Positions 40,400-50,876 of a DNA stretch of 64,000 bases are shown piece after piece. A program made the translations under genes and the position numbers. The stretch comes from Candidatus Latescibacterota bacterium (lineage in GTDB: Bacteria; Latescibacterota; UBA2968; UBA8231): NCBI GenBank assembly GCA_965208105.1, contig OZ242318.1:2720001-2784000 (forward strand), given 5' to 3'. A model generated the notes under the pieces. That model saw nothing but the letters and a program-made list of their open reading frames with translations. It made no database searches and was not told the origin of the DNA. Every line of letters starts with the position of its first letter. Positions within the stretch are counted from its first letter, which is position 1.

Positions 40400-41296
40400 C
40401 TACACCACCAGCACCACGCCTCCCGTGCACAGGCCCATACCCAAAACGATCCGGGTATTCAGCTTTTCCTGCAGGAAAATCGCCGCCATAATCACCGCAA
40501 AAACCGGTGAGAATGAGGTCAGAGTCACGACCTTGCCGGCGCTTGCGTCCTTGAGGGCGACCAGGTACATCAGGGAACCGACGAACATGCCCAGGATGCC
40601 GCTGAAGGCGACGACGAGAAACGTGCGCAGATCGATCCCGCGGAGCCTCTCCTCTTTGTCGGGCAGCACCTTGGTCAGAAAGAGCAGCAGAGCGACGAGC
40701 GGCATGCGGACGGCACTGGCGTGGACGGCGCTGATGTGGGTGAGGGCGGGCTTCAGGAGCACGGTGCTCAGGCCCCAAAGAACAGCCGCCGAAAGGGCGA
40801 GAAAGACGCCGAGCTTCAACTGCCGCGGGCTGGTGCCGCTTGAATCTGGCCGCCCTCCCCAACTGGTGGAGATGAGTATCACCCCTGCGACCACGAGGCA
40901 GGTGCCCAGGAGCAGGTTGTAACCGGCGGGTTGCTGCAGCAGGAGCCATTCGAAGAACAGGGTGGTCAGCGGATAGGTGCCCACCAGCGGCATGGTTCGC
41001 GCCACGCCGACCTCCCTGAGGGCGCTCAGGTACAGGGTGTCGCCGATGACCACCCCGATGACTACGGAACCGCCGAGCAGGAGCCATTCGTGCAGGGCAA
41101 CCTGGCCGAGGTTGGAGAGGGGGTCTCCGAATGGAAGCAGGATCCAGAAGCAGCATCCGCCGACCCCGCAACGGGTCATGTTCATGGCCGCGGGGGAAAT
41201 TTTGTGGGACTGGGTGCGCAGGATCAGGCCGTTGAGCGCCCAGACGAAAGCACAGCTCAGGGCCAGGACTTCACCGGAAGAAAGGGAAAGGTCCAT
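40400..41296 (-). CDS. DMT/EamA family transporter
   Basis: Two 5-TM repeats; SPVFAVIMAAIFLQEKL. Confidence 0.87.
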   Translation of the reverse strand: MDLSLSSGEVLALSCAFVWALNGLILRTQSHKISPAAMNMTRCGVGGCCFWILLPFGDPLSNLGQVALHEWLLLGGSVVIGVVIGDTLYLSALREVGVARTMPLVGTYPLTTLFFEWLLLQQPAGYNLLLGTCLVVAGVILISTSWGGRPDSSGTSPRQLKLGVFLALSAAVLWGLSTVLLKPALTHISAVHASAVRMPLVALLLFLTKVLPDKEERLRGIDLRTFLVVAFSGILGMFVGSLMYLVALKDASAGKVVTLTSFSPVFAVIMAAIFLQEKLNTRIVLGMGLCTGGVVLVV

Positions 41297-41304
41297 CGCC
41301 GGTA

Positions 41305-42498
41305 TCAGGTGCGGGCATGCTGCGATTGGGCGGGGGCTTGGTACTTCACCTGCAGATGAGGAGTCTCCAGGCGCTGGTGGTTCTGCATGCGCGAGGTCAG
41401 GCAACTCTCCAGGATGCCACTGACGAGGAGGGTGCGGTCCGCGGGATACGGCGCCCGGCCCGAAGTGATCATGGCCTCGATCTGGGCCACCAGGCAGGCC
41501 GAGAAAGAAACGTTGGGGCCGGGAGGGAGAAAGAACTGGGTCGACAAAGGCCCCGAAACGCCCTTGAGGCGAGCCGCGAAGCAGTAGTCCTTGACGGCCC
41601 CGTCGATCATGAGCAAGGTGGCCCGGAGGCCGTCGCTGTATTCGACGAGGTAGGTGGCCGAATTCTTTGCAAGCCGGAACAACTCGCCGCTACCCAGCAG
41701 ATTCTGGACGCGGCCGTCGGTTTCGGTGAGGCCCCGCGGGGTGTCGCTGCGCGACAAGGCCGCTTCGAGAAGCTCTTCGGACCAGCGGCCCCGTGCTCCC
41801 TCCTCCCATACTGCATCGCCCTCGATCAGCTGGACGGCGCTCACCCCGGTCTCGCCGCCCAGGCGCCGCTCCACCATGCACTGCATCGCCTCGAGAGCGT
41901 GGTAATCCATGGGGTCCGAGGGCCCTACTCCAATCATGAGGGCGCCCTCCACCTCACAGGCCAGAGGCAGTTCGATATCGGGCAGCCGCCAGGTCACCGG
42001 CAGCGACGAGCCGGCGAGAAGGGGGAAATTCAGACGCCTCGCGCTGTCTACCATCTCGCGGGCCTTGGCAAAGCTGTAGGAGAGGTGCTTGTCGTTGAAG
42101 ACGGGGACACTGCGGCCGTCCGCCTCGAAAACCTCGACGCACTCCATGAAGAACTCGTAGCGCGGGTATAGAATCTGCCCCTTTTCGTTCCTTGGGTAAT
42201 CTCCGTGCTCGGCGATGATGACCACCGCGTCCACGGCCAGTTGGTCGCCGCCGCAGCGAAGAGCCCCGGCAATGGTCGGATATACCTCAAAGCCGAACTC
42301 ACGCGCCCGGTCCGCACTCTGATCATCCGCCGGCTTCTGGTCGACGTAAAGGGAGACGATCCGGGCAGGGGGGCGGTGCCAGCGCCCGGCGCGGGGGTAG
42401 CCGACCAGGAACCGGTCGATGAAGTGCTGGGCGTGAGATTGGTAGCGGTAGACCGTGGCGATGACGGCTATCCGCCGGGGAAGGCAATCCGCCGTCAC
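41305..42498 (-). CDS. Conserved hypothetical protein (Gfo/Idh/MocA-like), paralog B
   Basis: SHAQH, SLYVDQ, EHGDYP..YPR, VFNDKHLS, AGSSLPVTWR, YHALE..QCMVERR. Confidence 0.75.
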   Translation of the reverse strand: MTADCLPRRIAVIATVYRYQSHAQHFIDRFLVGYPRAGRWHRPPARIVSLYVDQKPADDQSADRAREFGFEVYPTIAGALRCGGDQLAVDAVVIIAEHGDYPRNEKGQILYPRYEFFMECVEVFEADGRSVPVFNDKHLSYSFAKAREMVDSARRLNFPLLAGSSLPVTWRLPDIELPLACEVEGALMIGVGPSDPMDYHALEAMQCMVERRLGGETGVSAVQLIEGDAVWEEGARGRWSEELLEAALSRSDTPRGLTETDGRVQNLLGSGELFRLAKNSATYLVEYSDGLRATLLMIDGAVKDYCFAARLKGVSGPLSTQFFLPPGPNVSFSACLVAQIEAMITSGRAPYPADRTLLVSGILESCLTSRMQNHQRLETPHLQVKYQAPAQSQHART

Positions 42499-43689
42499 TC
42501 AGGTCCTCCAGAAGGTCGATGCCGCCGGAGGGCGGTAGCGGATTTCCAGGTGGGGCGTAAGCTGGAGAGCCTGGTCCCGGAAGAGACTTTCCACCCCTGC
42601 CTCGACCAGGCCTGTGGTCAGCAAGGTGCGCTCCACCGGGTAGGATGCCTGTCCGCTGAGAAACATCCTTTCGATATGGTTCACCTGGGGTGAGAAAAAG
42701 TTGGCCAGGGTAGTGCGCACGGGAGGCATGGGCAGGTACATTTGCGTGGACAGAGGCTCGTCGCGGCCCTCCACCCATGCGGCGAAGTTGAAGTCCTGCA
42801 CCAGTCCATTGAGCAGGATCATGGTCGAAACGAGTCCATCCAGGTGCTCGTAGTGGTAGGCAACGGGATCGGCGGCCACGACCTTCATCTCGTCCAGCGT
42901 AGGGAAGATATGGTTGAATCCAGGCCGCGAGGGAGTGAGGGTATGGCTGCGGCAGAGCGCCGCCTCGAACAACCCTGGCGACCACAGTCCCCGGGCGTGC
43001 GCCTCCCAGAACGCATCGCCGCGATAGGCCTGCAGCCAGCGGACGCCCTTCTCTCCTCCGCAACGGCGCTCGACCATGCACTGCAGGGTCTCTAAGGCGT
43101 GAAAATCATAGGAGTCGACGCCGCCGTAGCCTATGCACAGGGCCTCGCGCAGGCGGGCCCCGAACGGAAGGTCGAGGGACGGCGTGCGCCAGGTGACGGG
43201 CAGGGACGACCCGGCCATGAAGGCAAAGCCCATCTCGCGGGAGGTATCGTACATGCGCCTTGCCCGGTCCCAGTTCCACGACAGGTGCTTGTCGTTGAAC
43301 ACGGGCACCGAGCGCCCGCTGGAACGGAAAACAGCGACGATCTGCTCGAAGAGTTCATAGCGCGGATAGAGGGTCTGGCCCTTGTCGTTCTTTGGATAGT
43401 CGCCGTGTTCGCCGATCAGCAGAATCCCGTCGACGGCCAGGTCGCTGCCTCCCTGAGTGAGGGCTTCGGCGACCGTGGGGAATACCTTCATGGAGGGAAA
43501 GCGGCTGGCGCGCTCTGCGCTCAGGTCGTCCTCGCGCACCTGGTCCACATACAGGGATACCAGGTCCATGGGCGGATAATGATAGCGCCCGTTCCAGCCA
43601 TAGCCATCGAGGAAGCGGTCGACGATGTGCTGGGCGTGGGACATTGAGTGATAGATCGTCGCCACGGCGGCGATGCGGGGCCGGGCCAC
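42499..43689 (-). CDS. Conserved hypothetical protein (Gfo/Idh/MocA-like), paralog A
   Basis: Same motif set as 41305-42498; directly abutting. Confidence 0.75.
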   Translation of the reverse strand: MARPRIAAVATIYHSMSHAQHIVDRFLDGYGWNGRYHYPPMDLVSLYVDQVREDDLSAERASRFPSMKVFPTVAEALTQGGSDLAVDGILLIGEHGDYPKNDKGQTLYPRYELFEQIVAVFRSSGRSVPVFNDKHLSWNWDRARRMYDTSREMGFAFMAGSSLPVTWRTPSLDLPFGARLREALCIGYGGVDSYDFHALETLQCMVERRCGGEKGVRWLQAYRGDAFWEAHARGLWSPGLFEAALCRSHTLTPSRPGFNHIFPTLDEMKVVAADPVAYHYEHLDGLVSTMILLNGLVQDFNFAAWVEGRDEPLSTQMYLPMPPVRTTLANFFSPQVNHIERMFLSGQASYPVERTLLTTGLVEAGVESLFRDQALQLTPHLEIRYRPPAASTFWRT

Positions 43690-43690
43690 T

Positions 43691-44257
43691 CTACAGACCG
43701 ATCTCGGGGGCGACCTCGCGCATGGCCGCGATCACGTCCTCGGTGAGCTCGTCGAGCCCGACCCCCAGCATCCGGGCTCCCCTGGCAATGACCTGCCGGT
43801 CGGCGCCGGCGGCAAAACTCTTCTGCTTCCACTTCTTCTTCACCGACTTGAGGGTCAGGTCCCGGACGCTCCTGGAAGGCCGCACCAGGGCGCAGGCCGT
43901 GACCAGGCCCGCCAGTTCGTCGACCGCGTAGAGGGTCTTCTCCAACTCGCTCCGGGGTTCGACATCGGTGCATATTTCCCACCCATGTGAAAGGACGGCG
44001 CGGATGTACTCCCCGGGCCAGTTGTTCTCTCTCAGGATCTCCCCTGTTTTGTGGCAATGCACCTCGGGGAACCTTTCGTAGTCGAGATCGTGAACCAGGC
44101 CGACGATTCCCCATTTTTCCTCGTCCTCGCCGCGCTTGCGCGCCATGTAGCGCATGACCGCCTCGACCGCTTTGGCGTGATTGATCAGGGAGATGTTCCC
44201 GTTGTATTTTTCGAGCAGCTCGAGAGCCTGTTCGCGGGTGGGCGGGAGCTCTTCCAT
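43691..44257 (-). CDS. HD-domain (HDIG) hydrolase
   Basis: LINHAKAVE, GLVHDLDYE, AVLSH, VDELAG, KSFAAG. Confidence 0.88.
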   Translation of the reverse strand: MEELPPTREQALELLEKYNGNISLINHAKAVEAVMRYMARKRGEDEEKWGIVGLVHDLDYERFPEVHCHKTGEILRENNWPGEYIRAVLSHGWEICTDVEPRSELEKTLYAVDELAGLVTACALVRPSRSVRDLTLKSVKKKWKQKSFAAGADRQVIARGARMLGVGLDELTEDVIAAMREVAPEIGL

Positions 44258-44681
44258 GCCGGGCTCCAATTTGTTGGCTTCGATTGGGCGAATTGTTAAC
44301 TTTGTCGAAAGGGCATTCGGGTACAGGACAGATACCGGCCTATTAATTAGGCCGGTTCTCTTTTCATGTCAACAAGGCGCAGGGCCCTCCAACCAGGGGG
44401 TATGATTCCCCCAGGTGGAGGCATGGTGAATGGAATTCATCAAGCGACTATCGCCCGCGATTTTTTTGGAGGAAGGGTGCTGCGGTTTCACATCGCGTCC
44501 CCGGCAATTTTGCTCTCGTTGACATCGGTGGCCTGATCCTCCCGCTGCCCGGTATCCAGGTGATTTCGCACTGAGCCGCCATTTGCCGGTCCATCAGGGA
44601 GGGGAAAACCATAGCCTTGCTACAAAATTTCCCCTGTAATATCATAGCCAACTCCACCCACCATCGGCGAGGGAGCCGATC

Positions 44682-46955
44682 ATGAGCACGGTCATGGAAA
44701 GAGAATTCGCCGGGCAACGGGAACGCAATGATTCTCTCCTGGCCGCCACCCGCTACCTGAATGACAGGGTCTCCTCCGAGGTGCTGGCGCTGCACCTCGA
44801 TATACGCAGTCAGGAGAAGCTCGAGGATGAGCAGGTTCAGGCCCTGGAATCCATGCAGATCGAGGCGGCCCGCACCGCAATCCGCTCCCTGGCCGCACTG
44901 GCCAGGATCAACGAGGTGGACCACCTCGGCGGCGGCCTCGAGCTGATTCCCGCGTTGCTGCTCACCCTGGCGGTGACCGACTACGACCGCATCGAGTACA
45001 CCATCGAACACGCACACACCAGCGTCGGCTACTATGCCGCGCTGAGCGCCCTGGGTTTTATCGATCCCGGGGAGGTCGTCGGCAAGTTCCGCCAGGGGCT
45101 GGACCTGCCAGGCCACGTTTCCTGGGTGCCGGGCGGCACCCAGCTAAACGGCGGACGCCTGGGCGTGATAATCCCCGTGGCCGCCGGCCAGGCGTTGGGC
45201 AAGCGAGCCGCCTGCGGCGAGGGCGCCTGGGTGCTCACTCACTGCGGCGACGCGGGCTGGATTTCCGGCCAGGCCCTCAACGGCTTCAACGGTGCCGCCG
45301 TTCACGGCGCCCCGGCTACATTCGTGATGCACCGCAACGGCATTCAGCTTTCGGGCAGCACCCGGAGCATCATGGACAAGGATCCCCGTGAGGTCATTGC
45401 GTCGCTGGGGATCGAAATTCTCGAAATTCCCACACTGCACGACGCCGCCGCTCTCTACCAGGCCTACCGGCATGGCTACGGCCTGGCGCAGGAAGGCCGT
45501 GCAAACCTGATCTATCCGGTGGGATTCCGCTCAGCCGGCGGCAAGCCGGTCACCCTCGAGAGCTTCGCCGCCGATTGCGGAATCGCCGCGCAGATGAAGA
45601 CCCTCGCCACCCGGAACGGCACATCCCTCGATACGGAAGTCTGGGTCCCGGGATCGTTGATGAGCTACAGGGACCCGGAGTCCATGCTGGAGTGCCTCTT
45701 TCTGGTCAACGGTCTGCCGGGTGGGAAAGGCCACCACGACGGCCACATGAAGGACCGCGAAGAGGCCGAGGTCCTGGGCAATCCAATGCTCCAGGAATCG
45801 GCGGCGCAGAGACGGGCCCTGGACAAACTGCGCCGGCAGCCGCGAAGAACGGTGGTCACAAGGAAGCGGCCCGCGCCGGGCAGCCCCAACCTGGTGCTCC
45901 CGACGGAGCACCTCCAGTCGGTGGAGTTGCCCGCCGCGGGAGCAGTGGAGAGCCCCCGGGCCGGCTCCGAGGCCGCATACGCCGCCGTGGCCAGGGCCTT
46001 CCCCGACAAAGTGTTCGTGGTCAGCTGCGACTTGGATCCGTCGACCAAGCTGGCCAAGGCGCGCAGCTTTCTACCCGCCGGCCAACAATTCGAGATGAGC
46101 ATCGAGGAACAGGCCGCAGTCCTCATCGCCGACGGCCTGGCCACCAGCACGCCTGAGCCCCAACTGAACGTGGTGTCGACTTTTGCCGCCTTCTTCGAAG
46201 GGATTGCGCGGGAAGGCTTCGACCTGTGGCGCTACCAGCGCAATCTCAACGGAATCAACGAGGGTCTGAACGTCACCTTTCACCTCTCCCACGTGGGAGC
46301 ATGCACCGGGCGCGACCACTTTTCCGGCTGGGGATTGGACTGGATCAACGTGGGGATTACATACCTCCCCTATCTGCACCGGTTCTACGCACCCGCCGAT
46401 GCCCGGGCGGCTTTCGTGGCAGTCCGCGACCTGGCTGCCCACTACGGCGGCCACATTATCGGCATTCCCAGGGACAATCTTCCCATCCTGGAGAGAGAGG
46501 ACGGCTCCGGGGCACTGTGGGACCCCAACTCGGAGTGGGAACCGGTGACCGCCTGCCGCAGCTTTGAAGGGTCCCGGCAAGCCATACTCGCATTCGGGGC
46601 GCCGGCTTTTCTCGGCGTCGAAGCCGCCAGGTCCCTTGCCGGCCAGGGCGAGCCCACGGACGTTCATATCGTCAATGGCCTTCCCCTGCCCCCGGGGAGC
46701 CTGGAAGAGCTGCTCCAGCGCTATCCCGGGGGAGTGGTGACGGTGGAGGACGGATTCATCGGCACACCTGACACCGGGGTTCGCGGCTTCGCGGGTCTGG
46801 TGGCGAGCGCGGCCTTCGGCAAAGGATTGCCCCTGTCGCACCTGGGCATTACCGATCCGCGCATAGCACCGTCGGCCGGCCACATGGAGACCTGGACCCA
46901 TTTCGGAATCACGGCCGAGGCCCTGGTGCAGGCGGTGAGGGGGCTGCAAGGTTGA
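44682..46955 (+). CDS. Transketolase-like ThDP-dependent enzyme
   Basis: DHLGGGLE, LPGH, GDAG...HRNGIQLS ThDP motif variant, DLDPSTK, MSIEEQ, STFAAF, VTVED. Confidence 0.8.
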   Translation: MSTVMEREFAGQRERNDSLLAATRYLNDRVSSEVLALHLDIRSQEKLEDEQVQALESMQIEAARTAIRSLAALARINEVDHLGGGLELIPALLLTLAVTDYDRIEYTIEHAHTSVGYYAALSALGFIDPGEVVGKFRQGLDLPGHVSWVPGGTQLNGGRLGVIIPVAAGQALGKRAACGEGAWVLTHCGDAGWISGQALNGFNGAAVHGAPATFVMHRNGIQLSGSTRSIMDKDPREVIASLGIEILEIPTLHDAAALYQAYRHGYGLAQEGRANLIYPVGFRSAGGKPVTLESFAADCGIAAQMKTLATRNGTSLDTEVWVPGSLMSYRDPESMLECLFLVNGLPGGKGHHDGHMKDREEAEVLGNPMLQESAAQRRALDKLRRQPRRTVVTRKRPAPGSPNLVLPTEHLQSVELPAAGAVESPRAGSEAAYAAVARAFPDKVFVVSCDLDPSTKLAKARSFLPAGQQFEMSIEEQAAVLIADGLATSTPEPQLNVVSTFAAFFEGIAREGFDLWRYQRNLNGINEGLNVTFHLSHVGACTGRDHFSGWGLDWINVGITYLPYLHRFYAPADARAAFVAVRDLAAHYGGHIIGIPRDNLPILEREDGSGALWDPNSEWEPVTACRSFEGSRQAILAFGAPAFLGVEAARSLAGQGEPTDVHIVNGLPLPPGSLEELLQRYPGGVVTVEDGFIGTPDTGVRGFAGLVASAAFGKGLPLSHLGITDPRIAPSAGHMETWTHFGITAEALVQAVRGLQG

Positions 46956-47022
46956 TCCCCACCTCGCCCGCTGTAGTCGGACCTCGAGATCTCGGTGTGA
47001 ATCTACGAATAAAAAAAGGGGG

Positions 47023-47676
47023 ATGTATCAGATGGCGCGCTGTTTTGCATTGCTGTTGGCTGCGGCATTTGCGCTCTCGAACTGTGCCGGCGAGCAGGGA
47101 GGAGGCCTGGACGAGGAGGCTCTGGCCGACCCGCAGAGCGCGAAGATGAAGCGGAAGGCACCCGACCGATTCAAGGTTGGGTTCGAGACCAGCGCCGGGC
47201 ACTTTGTGATCGCCGTCGAGCGCGACGCGGCACCTCGCGGGGCGGATCGATTCTACAACCTCGTAATGAACGGGTTCTACGACGGGCAGCGCTTTTTCCG
47301 GGTAGTCCCGGGTTTCGTCGTGCAGTTCGGCATCCACGGCGACCCCGGGATCGCAGCCAGGTGGAAGGGCGCGAAAATAAAGGACGATGCGGTAAAAATC
47401 GGCAATGGACGTGGAACGATTGCCTTTGCAAAGTCAAGCCTGCCTCACAGTCGCACCACTCAGGTCTTCATCAACTACAAGGACAATTTTCGCCTGGACG
47501 CCATGGGGTTTGCAACCTTCGGCAGGGTGGTCGAAGGGATGGATGTGGTGGATTCGATCAACAGCCAGTACGGCCAGGATCCCGATCAGGGCCAGATCCA
47601 GAGCCGGGGGAACGCCTACCTCATCGAGAATTTCCCCGACCTCGATTTTATTCTGCAAGCCCGCGTAGTCGATTAG
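47023..47676 (+). CDS. Cyclophilin-type peptidyl-prolyl isomerase (probable lipoprotein)
   Basis: Lipobox-like LSNC, FFRVVPGFVVQFG, RTTQVFIN, FGRVVEGMDVVD. Confidence 0.92.
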   Translation: MYQMARCFALLLAAAFALSNCAGEQGGGLDEEALADPQSAKMKRKAPDRFKVGFETSAGHFVIAVERDAAPRGADRFYNLVMNGFYDGQRFFRVVPGFVVQFGIHGDPGIAARWKGAKIKDDAVKIGNGRGTIAFAKSSLPHSRTTQVFINYKDNFRLDAMGFATFGRVVEGMDVVDSINSQYGQDPDQGQIQSRGNAYLIENFPDLDFILQARVVD

Positions 47677-47747
47677 CCCGCACTGATCAGGATTGCCGGA
47701 GGGCAGTCTCGACCCCGCGCTTCCGGCCGTATTCCGCCTTCTTCATC

Positions 47748-48788
47748 TCAGGCGCCTTCCTCCGGCCGGACGACCACCTTCAGTCCACTGCGCTCCGAAG
47801 CACAGCTAAAAGCCCTCTGCCAGTCTGTCAAGGTGAAGACGTCGGAAACGAGCTTGCCCGTATCCACCTGGCCACTGGAGGTCAGGCTCAGGGCGCGTCG
47901 CCAGGACTCGAGACTCGAGGTGAAGGAACCCAGCACCGTCATGTCCTTGTAGACGATCAGGTCCAGGTCCGCCTGGACCGGCCTGCCGAACAGACCTACC
48001 TGAACCATTCGCCCGCCCGCCCTGGCCAGCTGCAGACCGGTGCCGAATGCCGCAGCGCCGCCCGAGCACTCGAAGACGACATCCACTCCATCCCCTTTCA
48101 GCACCTCGTTCAAGCGGGCAGACAGGTCGGGCGCCTCGGCCTCGAATACCTCTTCGGCCCCCAGATCCCTGCCCAGACTCAAGCGGGCAGCGTCGCTTTT
48201 CAGGCCGACCAGGAACACGCGGGCGCCGGTGGCCATCGCCACCTGGGTACACAGCAACCCGATTGCACCCGGCCCCAGCACGGCGACGCTCTCGCCAGCC
48301 TGCAGGCCGCCGATGTCGAAGGCCGCCTTGGCGACGCAGGCCAGGGGCTCGGTCAGGCATCCCGCGACAAAATCCTGGTGATCGGGAAGGCGGTAGAGAT
48401 TGGCGGTTTTGGCCACCATGTAGTGGGCGAAGGCGCCGTTGACGTGGCTGCCATAGGATCGGCGGGCGGTGCACAGGCCGAACTGGCCGACCCGGCAGTG
48501 GGAGCATTGGCCGCAGGTAGACGCAAATGGGTGGGAGGTGACGCGGTCGCCGACGTTCCACCCCTCCGCATCGCTTCCCAATTCGACGATGGTGCCGGCC
48601 AGTTCATGGCCGATGGTAACGGGGGGACGGCACGAGGGGTACTCTCCCGCGAGGATGTGAAGGTCGGTCCCACAGATGCCTACAGCCCCGACCCTGAGGA
48701 GGACCTCATCGGGTCCAGGTTGCGGCCGGGCGGCACTGCGCAGCTCGAGATTTCCCGGTCCCTCGTCAAATTTGATCAGAGCTTCCAT
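47748..48788 (-). CDS. Zinc-dependent alcohol/polyol dehydrogenase (MDR)
   Basis: GICGTD, GHE, CGQCSHC..C, GPGAIG. Confidence 0.92.
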   Translation of the reverse strand: MEALIKFDEGPGNLELRSAARPQPGPDEVLLRVGAVGICGTDLHILAGEYPSCRPPVTIGHELAGTIVELGSDAEGWNVGDRVTSHPFASTCGQCSHCRVGQFGLCTARRSYGSHVNGAFAHYMVAKTANLYRLPDHQDFVAGCLTEPLACVAKAAFDIGGLQAGESVAVLGPGAIGLLCTQVAMATGARVFLVGLKSDAARLSLGRDLGAEEVFEAEAPDLSARLNEVLKGDGVDVVFECSGGAAAFGTGLQLARAGGRMVQVGLFGRPVQADLDLIVYKDMTVLGSFTSSLESWRRALSLTSSGQVDTGKLVSDVFTLTDWQRAFSCASERSGLKVVVRPEEGA

Positions 48789-49063
48789 CTGAGCCCGTTT
48801 CCATCAACTCCCATGCCTGTCCAACTCGCCGTTGCCCGGGGCCTTGCCGCCAGGATCCAGGGAACTTCCCGCACACCCGCATCTTCGCGTCACTTTCACT
48901 CCGGGTTTCATAATGAAAGCATAGAATCGCCGTAAGGCCAGATCAACCGTGGAGCATGTTGAAGGCGGACCCGGCAAGTGGTATTTTAGGGAGAATGTTG
49001 CCCTGAGAGCCGCGGCGCTTCCGGCGCTTCCGCCGCTTCCGATTCTGAAGGAAGGATACGACC

Positions 49064-49903
49064 ATGACCATGAAGCTATCGCTGTCGGTGCGGGTGGCCG
49101 AGAAGTTCAACGCCAAGCGCGAAGCCTCCATTCCGCTTGAAGAACTTGCCGACCTGGCGGCGGCAGAACACTACCACGCCGTCTGCATGCGGGCCTCCCA
49201 GGTGGGCACCCACACACCGATTGAGACGGTGAAGGAGAAACGCAGGCAACTGGACCAACGCGGCCTCGCGGTTTCCATGGTGACCGGAGATTTCCCCATA
49301 CCCGAAAATACCCCGGAAGGCACTCAGGCCCTGCGCAACATCACCCCTTATCTCGACCTGGCCGATACCCTGGGGGCGGACTTGCTGCGAATCTGCATGA
49401 AAGAGGAGGCGGACATCAGGTGGGCCCAACGCGCCGCGGACGAGGCCGGGGAGCGCGGCAAGAGACTGGCCCACCAATGCCACACCGGCAGTCTGTTCGA
49501 GCGCGTGGAGGACTCTGTGCTGGTCCTGGAGCGGGTTGGCAGGGAGAATTTCGGCATCATCTACGAGCCCGCCAACCTGGAGTTGTGCGGCGAGGAATAT
49601 GGAGCTGAGGTCATCAAGCGCTTCGAGCCGTATCTCTTCAATGTCTATCTGCAGAACCAGCAGATCAAGCCCGACGGCGAGGTGTCGATCAACACCTGGT
49701 CCAAGGGGGAGATCCGCTTCGACCAGATTCCAATCTGGGAGGACGGAGGAATAAGCCTGCCCCCGATCATGTCCGCCCTCGAGGAAATCGGCTATGCGGG
49801 TTACGTGACCGTTCACCAGGCCTTCGGCGGTCTCAAAGGTCCGCAGGAAGCCGCGGCCCGGAGCGCCCGCTACCTCAAGTCCCTGGCGCAATTCGAGCAG
49901 TAG
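49064..49903 (+). CDS. Sugar phosphate isomerase/epimerase (xylose isomerase-like TIM barrel)
   Basis: LAHQCH, FGIIYEPANL, LEEIGYAGYVTVHQ; AGGA RBS. Confidence 0.78.
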   Translation: MTMKLSLSVRVAEKFNAKREASIPLEELADLAAAEHYHAVCMRASQVGTHTPIETVKEKRRQLDQRGLAVSMVTGDFPIPENTPEGTQALRNITPYLDLADTLGADLLRICMKEEADIRWAQRAADEAGERGKRLAHQCHTGSLFERVEDSVLVLERVGRENFGIIYEPANLELCGEEYGAEVIKRFEPYLFNVYLQNQQIKPDGEVSINTWSKGEIRFDQIPIWEDGGISLPPIMSALEEIGYAGYVTVHQAFGGLKGPQEAAARSARYLKSLAQFEQ

Positions 49904-50013
49904 ACCCCCCAGGGATCGACTCCGGTCCTGGGCAGAATGCCCATTTTTCTTGACCCCGGGCAAATTTTTGCTACCCTAAATGGCGTCGAGCCCACGTCCC
50001 AATGGAGAACATC

Positions 50014-50814
50014 ATGAGGAAAAGACTGCTGATTTTTTGCGCCGGATTGGCCTTTCTCGGCTGCGCTGCGGACAATGGAGTAGCTCCGGCAGGTTCGCCG
50101 GAGGGCGCCGCGGCAGGCAATGATTCTGCAACCGACCTCAACCCACCTGGCGGACAGGCCGAGGTGGAGCCCAGGGTGCTTTCCCTGGAAACACATTACG
50201 TCAGGGACGTCGAGGGCCGAATTGTCGAGCAATACCAATTCTACCGCGAAGGCGCGGATATTATCAAGCACGGATACTACAAATCGTTCTGGCAAAATGG
50301 GAACAGGAAGGAAGAGGGGGCATTCAAGGAAGGGAAAAAAGATGGAACCTGGACCTTTTTTGCCGATTCCGGGACTGAAAAGATCAGCGAGGAGGTGTGG
50401 GAGGAAGGGCGCCTCCTGCACCATGCGACCTATTACCCCAATGGAAACCCGCGCAGCGAGTCGACCTATTCGGACCGGGGAGAGGCCACTATTTACTACT
50501 ACGAAAATGGGAACAAGGAAAGGGAGGGCGCCTACAAAAGCGGCCTGGAGGATGGGCTGTGGATCTGGTATTACGAGAACGGCAACAAGAAGGAAGAAGG
50601 CTTTTTCAGAGACGGAAAGTGGGACGGAACCTGGACCTGGTACCGCGAAGATGGGACCATGCAGTATGAGAGAGCATACCTGAACGGGGTTGAACGGGGG
50701 GTTTGGACCTGGTGGGATGAGCACGGGAACAAAACCAGGCAGGAGATCTGGCAGGACGGCTACAGGGTGGAAGCGGTAGACTGCAGCCAGAATCCCCAGG
50801 GTTGCGCCGGATAG
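50014..50814 (+). CDS. MORN-variant repeat (YwqK-like) lipoprotein
   Basis: Lipobox FLGC; repeats YYENGNKxxEGxxKxGxxDGxW; start 50002 or 50014. Confidence 0.82.
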   Translation: MRKRLLIFCAGLAFLGCAADNGVAPAGSPEGAAAGNDSATDLNPPGGQAEVEPRVLSLETHYVRDVEGRIVEQYQFYREGADIIKHGYYKSFWQNGNRKEEGAFKEGKKDGTWTFFADSGTEKISEEVWEEGRLLHHATYYPNGNPRSESTYSDRGEATIYYYENGNKEREGAYKSGLEDGLWIWYYENGNKKEEGFFRDGKWDGTWTWYREDGTMQYERAYLNGVERGVWTWWDEHGNKTRQEIWQDGYRVEAVDCSQNPQGCAG

Positions 50815-50838
50815 CCGGGACAATCGACTTTTTCATTG

Positions 50839-50876
50839 AAGGGCCTGTGGGAAGTTCATCCCGCAGGCCCTTTTTC
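50839..50876 (+). terminator. Rho-independent terminator
   Basis: aagggcctgtggga-agttca-tcccgcaggccc followed by TTTTT, 25 bp after the stop. Confidence 0.75.

Noticed and set aside
49016-49041. Three short cgcttccg repeats upstream of the isomerase gene
   Set aside because: Too short and low-complexity to assign a function without other evidence.
50014-50814. YwqK antitoxin of a toxin-antitoxin pair
   Set aside because: It has a lipoprotein signal and no adjacent toxin gene; only the repeat fold is shared.
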